Notes under the pieces: generated by a model
What the model saw: the letters and a program-made list of their open reading frames with translations, nothing else
Database searches by the model: none
Told to the model about the DNA's origin: nothing
Position numbers and translations under genes: made by a program
Shown here: one piece after another, positions 1 to 12,070 of the stretch
How positions within the stretch are numbered: position 1 is the stretch's first letter
How the letters are laid out: every line of letters starts with the position of its first letter
Source of the DNA: Octopus sinensis
Lineage: Eukaryota
Reading direction: 5' to 3'
Length of the DNA stretch: 31,104 bases
Assembly (NCBI RefSeq): GCF_006345805.1
Contig: NW_021832181.1
Location: 1-31,104 of the forward strand

Positions 1-9
1 GATAAATAA

Positions 10-272
10 TTATATATGTATGTGTGTGTGTGTGTGTGTGTGTCTCTGTGTGTGTGTGTATACGTTTGTCTGTGTTTGTCCCCCCCCCCAACATCGCTTC
101 ACAACCGATGCTGGTGTGTTACGTCTTAGTAACTTAGCGGTTCGGCAAAAAAGACTGATAGAATAAGTACTAGGCTTACAAAGAATAAGTCCTGGGGTCA
201 ATTTGTTCGACTAAAGGTGGTGCTCCAGCATGGCCACAGTCAAATGACTGAAACGAGTAAAAGAGTAAAAGA
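10..272 (+). mobile_element. SINE family A, 3' half (head lies outside the window)
   Basis: Matches the reverse complement of the copies at 493 and 19493: internal (TA)n(TG)n, body, then GGTGCTCCAGCATGGCC..GACTGAAAC and a (GTAAAAGA)n tail. Confidence 0.9.
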
Positions 273-492
273 CAGTATATGTTTACATATACATATAGAA
301 CTATATATAAACGCATATATACGTGTCTACGTATGTATATATATGTGTGTATGCGTGTGTTTACATATATATATATGTGTGTGTGTGTAAACGCATATAT
401 ATGTGCGTGTATTCACACTTCAATACACAATGTATGTGTGTGTGAGTTCACACTTCAATACACAATTACGTTACACGCATTACAAGCAAAGT

Positions 493-908
493 TACTCTTT
501 TACCCTTTTACTTGTTTCAGTCAGTTAACTACGGCCATGTTGGAGCAGCGCCTTTAGTCGAGCAACTCGACCCCGGGACTTATTCTTTGTAAGCCCAGTA
601 CTTATTCTGTCGGTCTCTTTTGCCGAACCGCTAAGTGACGGGGACATAAACACACCAACATCGGTTGTCAAGCAATGCTGGTGGGACAAACACAGACACA
701 CAAACATACACGCACACACATATATATATATATATACATATATACGACAGGCTTCTTTCAGTTTCCGTCTACCAAATCCACTCACAAGGCTTTGGTCGGC
801 TCGAGGCTATAGTAGAAGACACTTGCCCAATGTGCCACGCAGTGGGACTTGAACCCAGAACCATGTGTTTGGTAAGCAAGCTACCTACCACACAGCCACT
901 CCTGCGCC
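493..908 (-). mobile_element. SINE family A, full length (tRNA-derived head, CORE-like block)
   Basis: Minus strand: GCAGGAGTGGCTGTGTGG (A box), GGTTCAAGTCCC (B box), TTGGGCAAGTGTCTTC (CORE-like), internal (TA)(TG) tract and 8-mer tail. Possible CAAAGTT TSD. Confidence 0.9.
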
Positions 909-1273
909 AAAGTTGTTAATATATACATTACTTTTATGAGTACTTGAATTGTCATTGTGTGCTTTTGTGTAAATGTATGTGCATATGAAAATCTGTACGT
1001 TTTGGTGAAGAGGATACACGTTATATATGTATGTATTCACCATTACCCTGGAGACTTCATATCAGAAATTCTCTCTCTAATCTTCATATATTTGACTTTT
1101 GAAAATATATGTGCTCCAAAGCAATTTTCACTTGGGTTTCATATGAGACCAAGAAGTAAGTTATTAACTAGAAAGTAGTTTTTAAAAGTATTTTCCCAAC
1201 GCCTCTTATAGCAGATTGTCCACACTCACACATACAGATACATACATACACACACACACATGCATTCACACAC

Positions 1274-2535
1274 AAGCAAACGCACATTCTTATAGCCTAC
1301 ACACACACACATACATTCATTCATTCACACACAACCACACACATATTCTTATAGCCTACACATACACACACACACACACAAGCACACACATATTCTTACA
1401 GCCTACACATATACACTCACACACACACACACACACACAAGCACACACATATTCTTATAGCCTACACACACACACACACACACACACAAGTACACACATA
1501 TTCTTATAGCCTACACACACATACACACAAGCACACACATATTCTTATAGCCTACACACACACACACACACAAGCACACACATATTCTTATAGCCTACAC
1601 ACACACACACACACAAGTACACACATATTCTTATATCCTACACACACACACACACACAAGCACACACATATTCTTATAGCCTACACACACACACACACAA
1701 GTACACACATATTCTTATATCCTACACACACACACACACACAAGCACACACATATTCTTATAGCCTACACACACACACACACACAAGTACACACATTCTT
1801 CTATAGCCTACCACACACACACAACACACAACAGCACAACATATTCTTATAAGCCTACACACACACACACCACACACAAGTACACACATATTCTTATAGC
1901 CTACACACACACAACACCACACAAGCACAAATATTCTTATAGCCTACACCACACACACACACACAAGCACACACATATTCTTATAGCTACACACACACAT
2001 ACACACAAGCACACACATATTCTTATAGCCTACACACACACACACCACACACACAAGTACACACATATTCTTATAGCCTACACACACACACACACACAAG
2101 CACACACATATTCTTATAGCCTACACACACACACACACACAAGCACACACATATTCTTATAGCCTACACACACACACACACACACACACAAGTACACACA
2201 TATTCTTATAGCCTACACACACACACACACACAAGCACACCCAATATTCTTATAGCCTACACCACACACACACACAAGCACACACATATTCTTATAGCCT
2301 ACACACACACACACACACACACAAGCACACACATATTCTTATAGCCTACACACACACACACACACAAGCACACACCATTTCTTATAGGCCTACACACATA
2401 CACTCATACACAAGCACACACATATTCTTATAGCCTACACACACACACACACACACACACACAAGTACACACATATTCTTATATCCTACACACACACACA
2501 CACAAGCACACACATATTCTTATAGCCTACACACA
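1274..2535. repeat. Composite minisatellite, about 28 units of AAG(C/T)ACACACATATTCTTATAGCCTA(CA)n, ~36-50 bp each
   Basis: A constant core TATTCTTATAGCCTAC recurs every ~40-50 bp, separated by (CA)n of variable length. The unit count is by eye. Confidence 0.95.
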
Positions 2536-2595
2536 TACACTCACACACTCGCACAAAAACATGCGGAAACACTCACAACACTCAACACTCAACAC

Positions 2596-2601
2596 TCACA
2601 G

Positions 2602-2650
<49 letters not shown>
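2596..2650. repeat. (CA)n microsatellite
   Basis: Direct reading. Confidence 0.95.
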
Positions 2651-2652
<2 letters not shown>

Positions 2653-3291
2653 CTCACACTTCCGCGCGCGTGGGCGCGCACACACGCACACACTAAAAAT
2701 CACACATACATACGCACCATCACACACTCGCACATACATGCGTATATACCTCCAGGTATTGTCTATGACACGCCTCCCTCTGGGTAAATAAAATATCGGT
2801 GAATTTTTCCCTCGAAACATTTTTTTCTGAACATATATACATGCTCGCACACAAACACGCATGCGCACACATACACGTACAAATACACACACACACACAT
2901 AGACATACGTACACACGTGTCTATATCTATTGTCTTTGGCATTCATCCTTCTGGGTTGGTAAAGAATCCAAAACTGACTGCTTCAGACACTAGTACGCTC
3001 GCACAAACATACAAATATGCATTCCCATACACTCACAAAGACACGTTCGTATACGCATTTTATTTTCATTGGTGTTTGTAATCTCACCCAGACGTAGAGT
3101 GTCGATGCAATTGTCGTTCAGATTGCACGTCTGTAGTTAGATATTATGGGAAAACGCAGGCAGCAGACTTGGTCGTCTGCGTTGCGCTTCCGGGTACGAA
3201 AGCTTTGTAAAAGTTATTTAGTGCAAGGATTTATCTGCTGTAAAAATCTAGGGTATGATGAATGGGGTAAAGATAGATGGATGCATCGAGT

Positions 3292-3710
3292 AGAAGGCGG
3301 AGAGCTGGCAGAAACGTTAGCACGCCGGGCGAAATGCGTAGCCGTATTTCGTCTGCCGTTACGTTCTGAGTTCAAATTCCGCCGAGGTCGACTTTGCCTT
3401 TCATCCTTACGGGGTCGATTAAATAAGTACCAATTACGGACTGGGGTCGATATAATCGACTTAATCCGTTTGTCTGTCCTTGTTTGTCCTCTCTGTGTTT
3501 AGCCCCTTGTGGGTAGTAAAGAAATAGGTATTTCGTCTGTCGTTACGTTCTGGGTTCAAATTCCGCCGAGGTCGACTTTGCCTTTCATCCTTACGGGGTC
3601 GATTAAATAAGTACCAATTACGGACTGGGGTCGATATAATCGACTTAATCCGTTTGTCTGTCCTTGTTTGTCCTCTCTGTGTTTAGCCCCTTGTGGGTAG
3701 TAAAGAAGTA
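3292..3710 (+). mobile_element. SINE family C dimer (head-body-tail followed by body-tail)
   Basis: A-box-like TGGCAGAAACGTTAG and B box GAGTTCAAATTCC. The second unit starts at 3527. Perfect 13-bp TSD GGATGCATCGAGT at 3279-3291 and 3711-3723. Confidence 0.9.
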
Positions 3711-4025
3711 GGATGCATCGAGTGGGTTTGATGAATGTAATATGAATTTAAGTGAACATAGAATGACTTTATGTTAATGGAAAACGTGGGTAAATGTGGT
3801 ATGAAGATTGTTCTCCAAGTATAGCAAAATCCATTCCAGGAACGGTAGAATATGAAAATAAGCTAAAGAATAAAAAAATATGTCTCTGGGTTATAGCTGC
3901 ATTGTATTGGCAAGTGAATCTTTGCCAATCAACTGAATAGCATTTTTATGCAGTCTTCGATGTTTGGGTATGCGTAACGGCTGCAGCACCGGTAGTAGAA
4001 AGAGTAGCGGTAGTACTAGCTGCAT

Positions 4026-4257
4026 AAGGCGGCGAGCTGGCAGAAACGTTAGCACGCCGGGCGAAATGCTTAGCCGTATTTCGTCTGCGTTACGTTGTGA
4101 GTTCAAATTCCGCCGAGGTCGACTTTGCCTTTCATCCTTTCGGGGTCGATAAATTAAGTACCAGTTACGCACTGGGGTCGATATAATCGACTTAATCCCT
4201 TTGTCTGTCCTTGTTTGTCCGCTCCGTGTTTAGCCCCTTGTGGGTAATAAAGAAATA
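4026..4257 (+). mobile_element. SINE family C monomer
   Basis: Same sequence as unit 1 at 3292. Perfect 17-bp TSD GGTAGTACTAGCTGCAT at 4009-4025 and 4258-4274. Confidence 0.95.
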
Positions 4258-4466
4258 GGTAGTACTAGCTGCATCTCACATTTGAGAACAGTATTCCAAT
4301 GTGACTCACAGTTATACTTGTATTGTTAATTGTTGGGGATTAATTGAGCCAAGCCAACATATTCTCATCGTCTTGTTTGTGTTCTGAGGTTAATGCGACA
4401 GGCCTTCAGCTATTGTGAAACCAAGAATTTACAGTGAATTACAAGGTTGTGATTGAGGGTTGGTCA

Positions 4467-4971
4467 TGTTATTGCAGGGTTAATGACCGTGCGTAAGGAG
4501 TTGGTGACAGATGAAGGCGACAGAGATGTAGACGACGTGAAGTGAAAGGACGACGATGGGGATGGTGACGGCAGGGAAAGGCGTCTTCGAGATGAAGGCG
4601 ACGGTGGTGGAGACGTCCTGCTTTGCTGGTGTATGTTAGCGTCGTCGTTGGCTGGAACTGGAACTGGCTGAGTCGCTCTATGGTCAGAGGTTAGTCTTGA
4701 GAAGGATTGGAACCTAAGAAGATGATGCTGGAACATAGTTTAGTTGCTCTCTGGTCAGAGGTTAGCCCTGAGAAGGACTAAAACCCAAGACAGGAAATTG
4801 CGAATGCTGGGGGCCTTTTTATAACCTGAGGTGGGCTCCAGTGAAACCCCAAAAAGACTGTGTCATGGGACCTTATCCGAAGGCCGTGATTGGTTGGTTT
4901 ACACACTAGCGCGAAATAAGTCAAAAGACAAACTGCGCTACTGTCAACCAATCAGAGCAGTGGACACAACA
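4467..4971 (-). mobile_element. Probable solo LTR (~505 bp)
   Basis: TGTT...AACA termini. Flanks TGGTCA and GGGTCA form a near TSD (5/6). On the minus strand CCAAT (4889-4893) lies ~70 bp upstream of TATAAAAA (4816-4823). An internal ~45-bp direct repeat occurs at 4675-4718 and 4746-4790. Confidence 0.5.
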
Positions 4972-5336
4972 GGGTCAAAATAGCCGAAGATGGTTGTTAT
5001 CTAACACGAGATCATTTCTAATATATCTCCCAAACAGTGAGGATATCAGCTACGCTAGCCCAAATTAAGCAGAACTGTGATTAAAGGCGATTCAGCTATG
5101 ATCATCGTTTTTGTATATCAGAAACTACATTCTCCAATATTTATTTACGACAGAGGCACGTATTTTGTGGAAAGTATGGTTGCTATATCTAGCAAGTCGA
5201 GGAACATTGTTGCATTTTTGATGTATCACATCAAATTTGTTTCTTTGATGTATGGAGGACAGCACTGTGGACCAGAGAGAACCATGTAAACCACGAAGGT
5301 GGAGTCTGAGTGGTAACTACCGATCCAAGAAATCAT

Positions 5337-5491
5337 ATATCTATCTATCTATCTATCTATCTATCGTCTATCTATCTATCTATCTATCTATCTTATCTAT
5401 CTATCTATCTATCTATAATCTATCTACCTACCTACCTACCTACCTACCTACCTATCTACTACCTACTACCTACCTACCTACCTACTACCTA

Positions 5492-5557
<66 letters not shown>

Positions 5558-5637
5558 CCTACCTACCTACCTACCTACCTACCTACCTACCTACCTACCT
5601 ACCTACCTACCTACCTACCTACCTACCTACCTATCTA

Positions 5638-5682
<45 letters not shown>
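5337..5682. repeat. Compound (ATCT)n/(ACCT)n tetranucleotide microsatellite, followed by (TA)n to ~5752
   Basis: Direct reading. It explains the ORFs at 5252 and 5310. Confidence 0.95.
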
Positions 5683-5683
<1 letters not shown>

Positions 5684-5757
5684 CTATTCTATTATATATA
5701 TATATATATAATATATATATAATATATATATATATATAGATATATATAATATATTGT

Positions 5758-5952
5758 AATGAGTAACAAGATGCACAGGTGTGTCAATCCATTACTGCGG
5801 TTTCAAGCAAATTCTTAATTGATTAACGAAAACATTACATCACTTGAAAGAAACCATTTCTTTCAAATTATGTAATGTTTTCATTAATCAATTAAAGGAG
5901 ATACTTGAAACGGCCGTAATGAATTGACACCTGTACATCTTTGTTACTCATT
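5758..5952. repeat. 195-bp foldback (MITE-like palindrome)
   Basis: 5758-5853 is the reverse complement of 5857-5952, about 80% identical by eye, around a CCA loop. Confidence 0.85.
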
Positions 5953-6237
5953 TATATCTTATGCATCTAATTCGGGATCTTTACTACGGAAATACTACAG
6001 AAAGTACCTTTATAAAAAGTACGTTATCTGAATTACCAAGAGCGGATACCTTCATTTAGATGAGTTGTGTTGTCTGCACACACGGCAGGAATATCAGGTA
6101 CAAACAACCCTGCACGGAGTCTTGATATTCAATATCCAATTAATATTGTTTGGTCGAGCGGATTATAGCAAGATGCCTCAATTTAAGTACCTAACTCAAC
6201 GGAATCTTAATTATTTCCTTCTTTGGACTTTTTCTAT

Positions 6238-6272
6238 ATTTCTGACGAAGAGCTCCGCTCGAAACGTGAAAT
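6238..6272 (+). ncRNA. Minimal type I hammerhead-like motif 1 (position 17 = G, likely inactive)
   Basis: ATTT-CTGACGA-A-GAGC(TCC)GCTC-GAAAC-GT-G-AAAT. The host element ends at ~6372, running into (TA)n. Confidence 0.6.
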
Positions 6273-7299
6273 CCTCTTTCTTTCCTTTCCCTTCCTGAGC
6301 GTCCAATAACACTGTACTTATTCCACGTCCTCGCGTTGTTGCTTTTTCTTGCTTGTTCATGTTTGGATTAACTATATATATATATATATATGGAGGGGGA
6401 GAGAGAGAGGGGGTGAGAGAAAGGGTGGGGCTGAGAGAGGAAGAGAGAGGGTGGGAGAGAGGGGGAGAGAGAAAGAGAGCGAGAGTGAGAGAGACACAAT
6501 CAGGGTGAGGGTAACCATTCTTCAATGTTCTTTTACAGGTTAGTGTGGAATGTTTTGGAGCAAGTGATCACATGTGTAGATGCCATTGGAAAAATAGACC
6601 TCCATTTGGTTCCGGCTAAATATAAATAAAAACTATGTGAAATGTAAAAGGAGAGAAACTAAAAGTGATGGCGAACGATATTGTTTACGATTGTATCGAT
6701 GACATGCGAGTTGTTTAAATTATGAGTGATGATAGTTTTATAATTGACATCTTTAGAAAAATTGCTCCGTTTCCGAATATGGTACACATTTGTGTGTCTG
6801 CTTTTGGTTTTGATTTAGATCTCAGTTGAGACTGAGTTACTGAAAAATTCCTTGAGTGAGTGTACAGTGTGGAATTTAAGGCAAAACGACTCAAAAATGT
6901 ATACGGTCCCTTGAATTAAAAGATATCCTAAGTTAAGGATACAAACTGCATTTGAGATATGAGCAAGCATGCAGACCGTGGGTTGCATGACTCCATTTTC
7001 TTCTATACTGGTGGTTATCTTGCAGCCGTAGCAATGATTGGTACACACCTCCCAGTTGCTAATGGTGGATGACTTACTCCAGATGTTATAGAGAGTTGTT
7101 CGCCTGTGTAGTTACCACGCATTTGTATCTTAATCACATGGGGATTTCTGAAGGCTGGTTTTTCATGTGTAAGGAATGTGGCGAAACATACCAAGGAAGA
7201 TAGTACGAGTCACTTACTTAGCTAGCTCAGGTAGTTAGAAGTCATACGCACTCACATACGATTGCATACATATGCATGCACACAATCATAATCACACGC

Positions 7300-7301
<2 letters not shown>

Positions 7302-7365
<64 letters not shown>
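7302..7365. repeat. (AG)n microsatellite
   Basis: Direct reading. Confidence 0.95.
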
Positions 7366-7369
<4 letters not shown>

Positions 7370-8184
7370 ACGGAAAGGGGAAGAGAGAGATAGAAAGAGT
7401 GATTTCGAGATAGAAATAGTGATTTTGAAATAGACTTTTTACTACTCTCTGTGTCCTCTCAGTTGTATGTAAGCATCTGCAGACTTATAGCGTATAGATG
7501 CAATGTTTGTTTGAAACTTCATGCAGTCTAACACATTGTATAGGTGGATAAGATTTTTAAAAATATTAAGTTGGCATATGTTACTTATTGCGATGATTTT
7601 AATTCAGTAATTTCACTGAAAAATTTATTTAAGTAATAATTTGCATAAGGTAAAGTTGGAAAATATTCAGCAAAGCAACAGATTATAATGGATAATAAGA
7701 TGGAAAAATTTATCATCAGAGTCGGCTCATTAACGAGTAGAAGAATAAACTATGAACAATAATGATGCAATGTTATGCAGTAGTAATTGTAAAGTATTTC
7801 TTGTACAATGCTTAGTATAATACAGTGAGGAAAAAATATTACATTCTAGTATATTTAGATGCAAGGCTGTAAGATTGTAGGGAATAGGTAAGGCATTTCG
7901 ACTTCGCTTCACTATTAATTTTTGCTTACTTCATTAATTTTGGGTTGATGTTTAATTTCAATCCGGATAGTAGTGTGAAAAAACAAAGAAATGTAAGGCC
8001 TTTATTTCATTCATTCTTCGACGTGGTTGAACAACAAACCGAACCAGTTGAGATTCACCGTACAGATTGTACTATTCATCCTTTCGATCGCTGAATACAA
8101 TACGCGGCTCGCGAGACCTCCGTTCGGGTGATATTTCCGAGTCACCATCTCATCCTTGTGCACCAATCTGTCACAAAGTTATCC

Positions 8185-8300
8185 ATTGACAACTGAGTGG
8201 ACTGGAGAAATGTGAAATGAAGTGTTTGGCTCAAGGACACAACGCACAGCGGGTCTTGCATTCGAACCCATGGCCTTGCACATTTATTCTGGTGCTCAAC
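8185..8300 (-). mobile_element. Old family B-like SINE fragment
   Basis: Minus strand has B box GGTTCGAATGC, then GTTGTGTCCTTGAGC..CACTTCATTTCAC..CTCCAGTCCACTCAG, shared with the copies at 8877 and 28379. Confidence 0.65.
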
Positions 8301-8351
8301 TTCATTTGTGTGTATTCGTGTACAGGGTGCAGTAAAAACACCCCTCTCCAA

Positions 8352-8383
<32 letters not shown>

Positions 8384-8673
8384 ACCCCGAAAAATCTACA
8401 TTCACCATTCTTGATAAAAGTTTCAATAGTAAACACACGGTGTGCACCTGTCCAAACCATGAGACTGAAAAAATTTAGTCCACGCCATGTAACCGAAATT
8501 AAGCAGATGATAACAGAAAAAAAAAATTGATAAAACGATAAGACATTAAATATATGAAGACACCATTACCACCTGCCTAACTACACAAACACCATACCGA
8601 CAGCCATGTAAATTTATTTTTCTGCGTATCATGCATCAGCAAAAACCCAGATGATTATCTTGATTTTCAAAAC

Positions 8674-9157
8674 GGTGGCGAGCTGGCAGAATCGTTAGCA
8701 CGTCGGCGCTTTGCGGTATTTCGTCCGTCTTTACGTTCTTAGCTCAAATTCCACCGAAGTTGATTTTGCCTTTCATCCTTTCGTGGTCGATGAAGTAAGT
8801 GCCAGTCGAGCATAGGCGTCGATGTAATCAACTAACACGCGTCTCTATGATTTCGGGACTTGTACTTATAGTGGAAGTGGAGGCGCGTGGCTTAGTGGTT
8901 AGAGTGTTAGCATCATGATCGTAAGATTGTGGTTTTGATTCCTGGACCGGGCGACACGTTGTGTTCTTGAACAAAACACTTCATTTCATGTTGCTCCAGT
9001 CCACTCAGCTGGCAAAAATGAGTAACGCTGCGATGGACTGGCGTCCTGTCAAGCTGGGGAACACATACACCATAGAAACCGGGAAATCGGGCCCATGAAC
9101 CTGACTAGGCTTTAAAAGGGCGCATTTATTTATTATTTACCTATAGTAGAAAGGATT
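8674..9157 (+). mobile_element. Diverged SINE family C copy (tail type 2), interrupted by a family B SINE
   Basis: The C head and body span 8674-8876. The tail resumes as CTATAGTAGAAAGGA at 9141-9155. Confidence 0.75.
8877..9139 (+). mobile_element. SINE family B with tail type 1, nested in family C
   Basis: tRNA-like head GTGGAGGCGCGTGGCTTAGTGGTTAG, CORE-like block and (TTTA)n end. TSD CTTATAGTGGAA / CCTATAGTAGAA (10/12). Confidence 0.85.
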
Positions 9158-9199
9158 GTCAATAAGATTAGTCATTAATGTCGAATAGAAGCTCTTGCA

Positions 9200-9400
9200 G
9201 TATCCATTTCGTCTCCCAATGTTTTTAATTCAAATCCTGAGGCGGTCATCATTGTCCTTCATCATTTCGAAGTTATCCAAATAAAGTACCAGTGCAGGGT
9301 GATGGGCTGGGTCTGGTAGAGTTGTTAAGGCATCTGGCAAGATGCTTCTCGGTATCTCTTCTGCCTATATACCAACGAGCAGAGTTAACTCTCCCAGTCA
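9200..9400 (+). mobile_element. Highly decayed family C fragments
   Basis: TTTCGTC..TTCAAATCC..TTCATC..AAGTACCAGT, followed by a degenerate head CTGGTAGAGTTGTTA..GATGCTT..GGTATCTC. Confidence 0.45.
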
Positions 9401-10070
9401 TGGGTGAATCCCGTAAGCGACTAATACAGACAGGCAAACCTGCGATCAATATAGATAAGTCGACAACGAAATACTGAAGTATCAATCAGCCGTGGATTAG
9501 AACCTCCACTCCAACTAAATGGAATCAATGTTAACAATAATTGTGTGTGTGTTAATGGTAAAACAAGAAGAACAGAAAAGTACTCAATACTGGAGGTAGA
9601 GTATAGATCATTTATCTAATTTGGACAACCAGGATTATTGAATTGCGAGTGAAATGCTTTTGCGTTTGATGAAATTTAGAGCTTCAGCCTGTATTGGTTC
9701 CGTCTGACTCAATTAAAATATTATATTATATCATATATCATATTTTATTATATTATATTATGTTGTATTATATTATATTACATCACATCATTTCATTATA
9801 CTATAGTGTATTACGTATTTGACGTTCCCAAATTGAAGACGTTTCTGGGAAAATTATGTACGCCAAACAGTTCAAACAACCGTAGTTTTCTTCCCTATAA
9901 TTCTGGATCACTCTGTGTGACCAACAACTAACTTGGTGCCACACTTTTCTTAATTCAAATTCCGTCAGAGCATAACCTACATTTCATGTAGCACATAGAT
10001 TTTGTAGGCTATACTCATTCCTATTAATGATGTTGGCCTTTCACCTGAGAGAACCTCTATGACTGAAATA

Positions 10071-10175
<105 letters not shown>

Positions 10176-11337
10176 GGGGAGACAAACAGAGAGCAAGAGA
10201 GAGTGATTGTGAGAGAGAATGAGTGAGATAAAGAGAGAGAAAGAGAATTTGAAACTATTAACCATTCTGACATCCCATGTAAACACGAAGTTTGGTATAT
10301 TTCTTAGATCACTCTCCTCTTCCATATTTCGTCATAAGAAATACTAAGCTGGTCCCTCCGTATGCTCTTAGCAAAACTCTGCAACTTAGAACAAAGTATT
10401 TTTCACATAATTTATTATTTCGTTTGACACGAAGCTTTTAAAAAGTGAAGAAATAACCAGAGTGGACTTCTTGCACTAGCATTTATTTCTTTGTGCATGG
10501 AGCAATGCAGTTGAAATTCTCTCTTCTGCTCATATTATACAGCAATTGTTTTGATGGCTTACAAGCATCACGTGATTCTTTTATCTTTATAGAGCTAACT
10601 CTGCCTTCAGGAAAGTTCTTTTCTCGTTTTTTTTTATTTTTTTAACCCAATATCATAAATAACTCTGTAACATCAAAGCTTCTTTTAAGTGCTTTTGAAA
10701 TATGAAATAAAAGGGATTCTTAAAGCCATCAAGGAAACCGAATATTATATCTCCAATCAAAATAGGAATATACATCCTTTTTTAATCAGTATATATCCAT
10801 TTGAGAATTTATATCTGAGATATAACGATTATGCGGAAATCGTTATATGTAACCAAAACTGTAAACAATCTTTTGGATTAATCTAAAGTACAACAAAGTC
10901 TTGAAATTTTGAATTTCAATATATTTTAATACAATTTTTGCTTTTATTGGTTAACTTTAACACTAATTTTTTTTTATCAAAACCTACATCTCCCTTTCCT
11001 TGTCCCTCATTCAAGTTAAATACAAAGTACTGTGCAAATATACATACAAAGGCACCAAAAACCGCCATTTTGGGAGGATCACCACTCCAATCACTCCTTG
11101 TCCACTCCCATCATGACCTTCCAGTTAAAAGGATACTTGAAGTTAATGTGGAGTTTATCAAAGAGATAAAGATTTATCCTCAAGCTATTCAGCCACGTTT
11201 TGCATCCAACCTTTTTGGCTACAACCACAGAGGGAAACTACTCAATGACACGTCAGCAACACTAGTAACAACAGAAAGAAGCAAAAAGTCAGAGAGAAAG
11301 CGATGGAAAGTCTCCTGGTGAGAGGCTGACCTTCTGG

Positions 11338-11520
11338 AGAAAGCAGCCAAGTCTCCTTCAAATCGCACGCTACCTCATAAATGAAGGAAAAAAACAGATT
11401 GGATAATGTAGTCAGATGTATACCTCTAAAGAAGACGAGACGGTAAAAGCTGGAATGCATTTGACCTTATCATAAGTTTACTCGGTCAGAACTGATTTGG
11501 GACTGAACAACAAAAGCAAT
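11338..11520 (+). mobile_element. Unclassified interspersed repeat (family D)
   Basis: Shares ATTGG..TGTAGTC, AGACGGT..GAAT and TGAT.TGGG..CT.A.CA with the sequence flanking the 31-bp array (12071-12180). It has weaker similarity to 20690-20795. Confidence 0.5.
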
Positions 11521-11636
11521 GACAACGACTACAGCAGCGAACGATACCAACAAAGACAAGAGATATCAGAATTCACAGAACAGAGAGAGTCACTCCGTAG
11601 CCGCTGGCAGAACAAGAAATAGTCTTCTCTAGATCC

Positions 11637-12070
11637 CACACTTAATACCGTCATAGAAAGAGAAAGACACACTTAATACCGTCATAGAAAGGGTAAGACA
11701 CACTTAATACCGTCATAGAAAGGGTAAGACACACTTAATACCGTCATAGAAAGGGAAAGACACACTTAATACCGTCATAGAAAGGGAAAGACACACTTAA
11801 TACCGTCATAGAAAGGGAAAGACACACTTGATACCGTCATAGAAAGGGAAAGACACACTTAATACCGTCATAGAAAGGGAAAGACACACTTAATACCGTC
11901 ATAGAAAGGGAAAGACACACTTAATACCGTCATAGAAAGGGAAAGACACACTTAATGCCATCATAGAAAGGGAAAGACACACTTAATACCGTCATAGAAA
12001 GGGAAAGACACACTTAATACCGTCATAGAAAGGGTAAGACACACTTAATACCGTCATAGAAAGGGTAAGA
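11637..12070. repeat. 31-bp minisatellite, 14 copies (CACACTTAATACCGTCATAGAAAGGG(A/T)AAGA)
   Basis: Period is 31 (units start at 11637, 11668, ...). 434 bp equals 14 units, which are nearly identical. Confidence 0.97.

Noticed and set aside
1274-2535. Core-plus-variable-spacer array as CRISPR-like
   Set aside because: The spacers are only (CA)n of varying length.
4464-4736. Ser/Pro-rich 90-aa ORF as a gene
   Set aside because: It is low complexity and lies inside the putative LTR.
4889-4952. Divergent CCAAT pair as a histone H2A/H2B promoter
   Set aside because: There is no histone ORF on either side.
7120-7203. HLYLNH...CKECGETY as a zinc finger
   Set aside because: There is no complete finger, a stop follows immediately, and there is no convincing splice context.
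11637-12070. 31-bp array as a CRISPR
   Set aside because: The units are contiguous with no unique spacers, there are no cas genes, and the context is eukaryotic.
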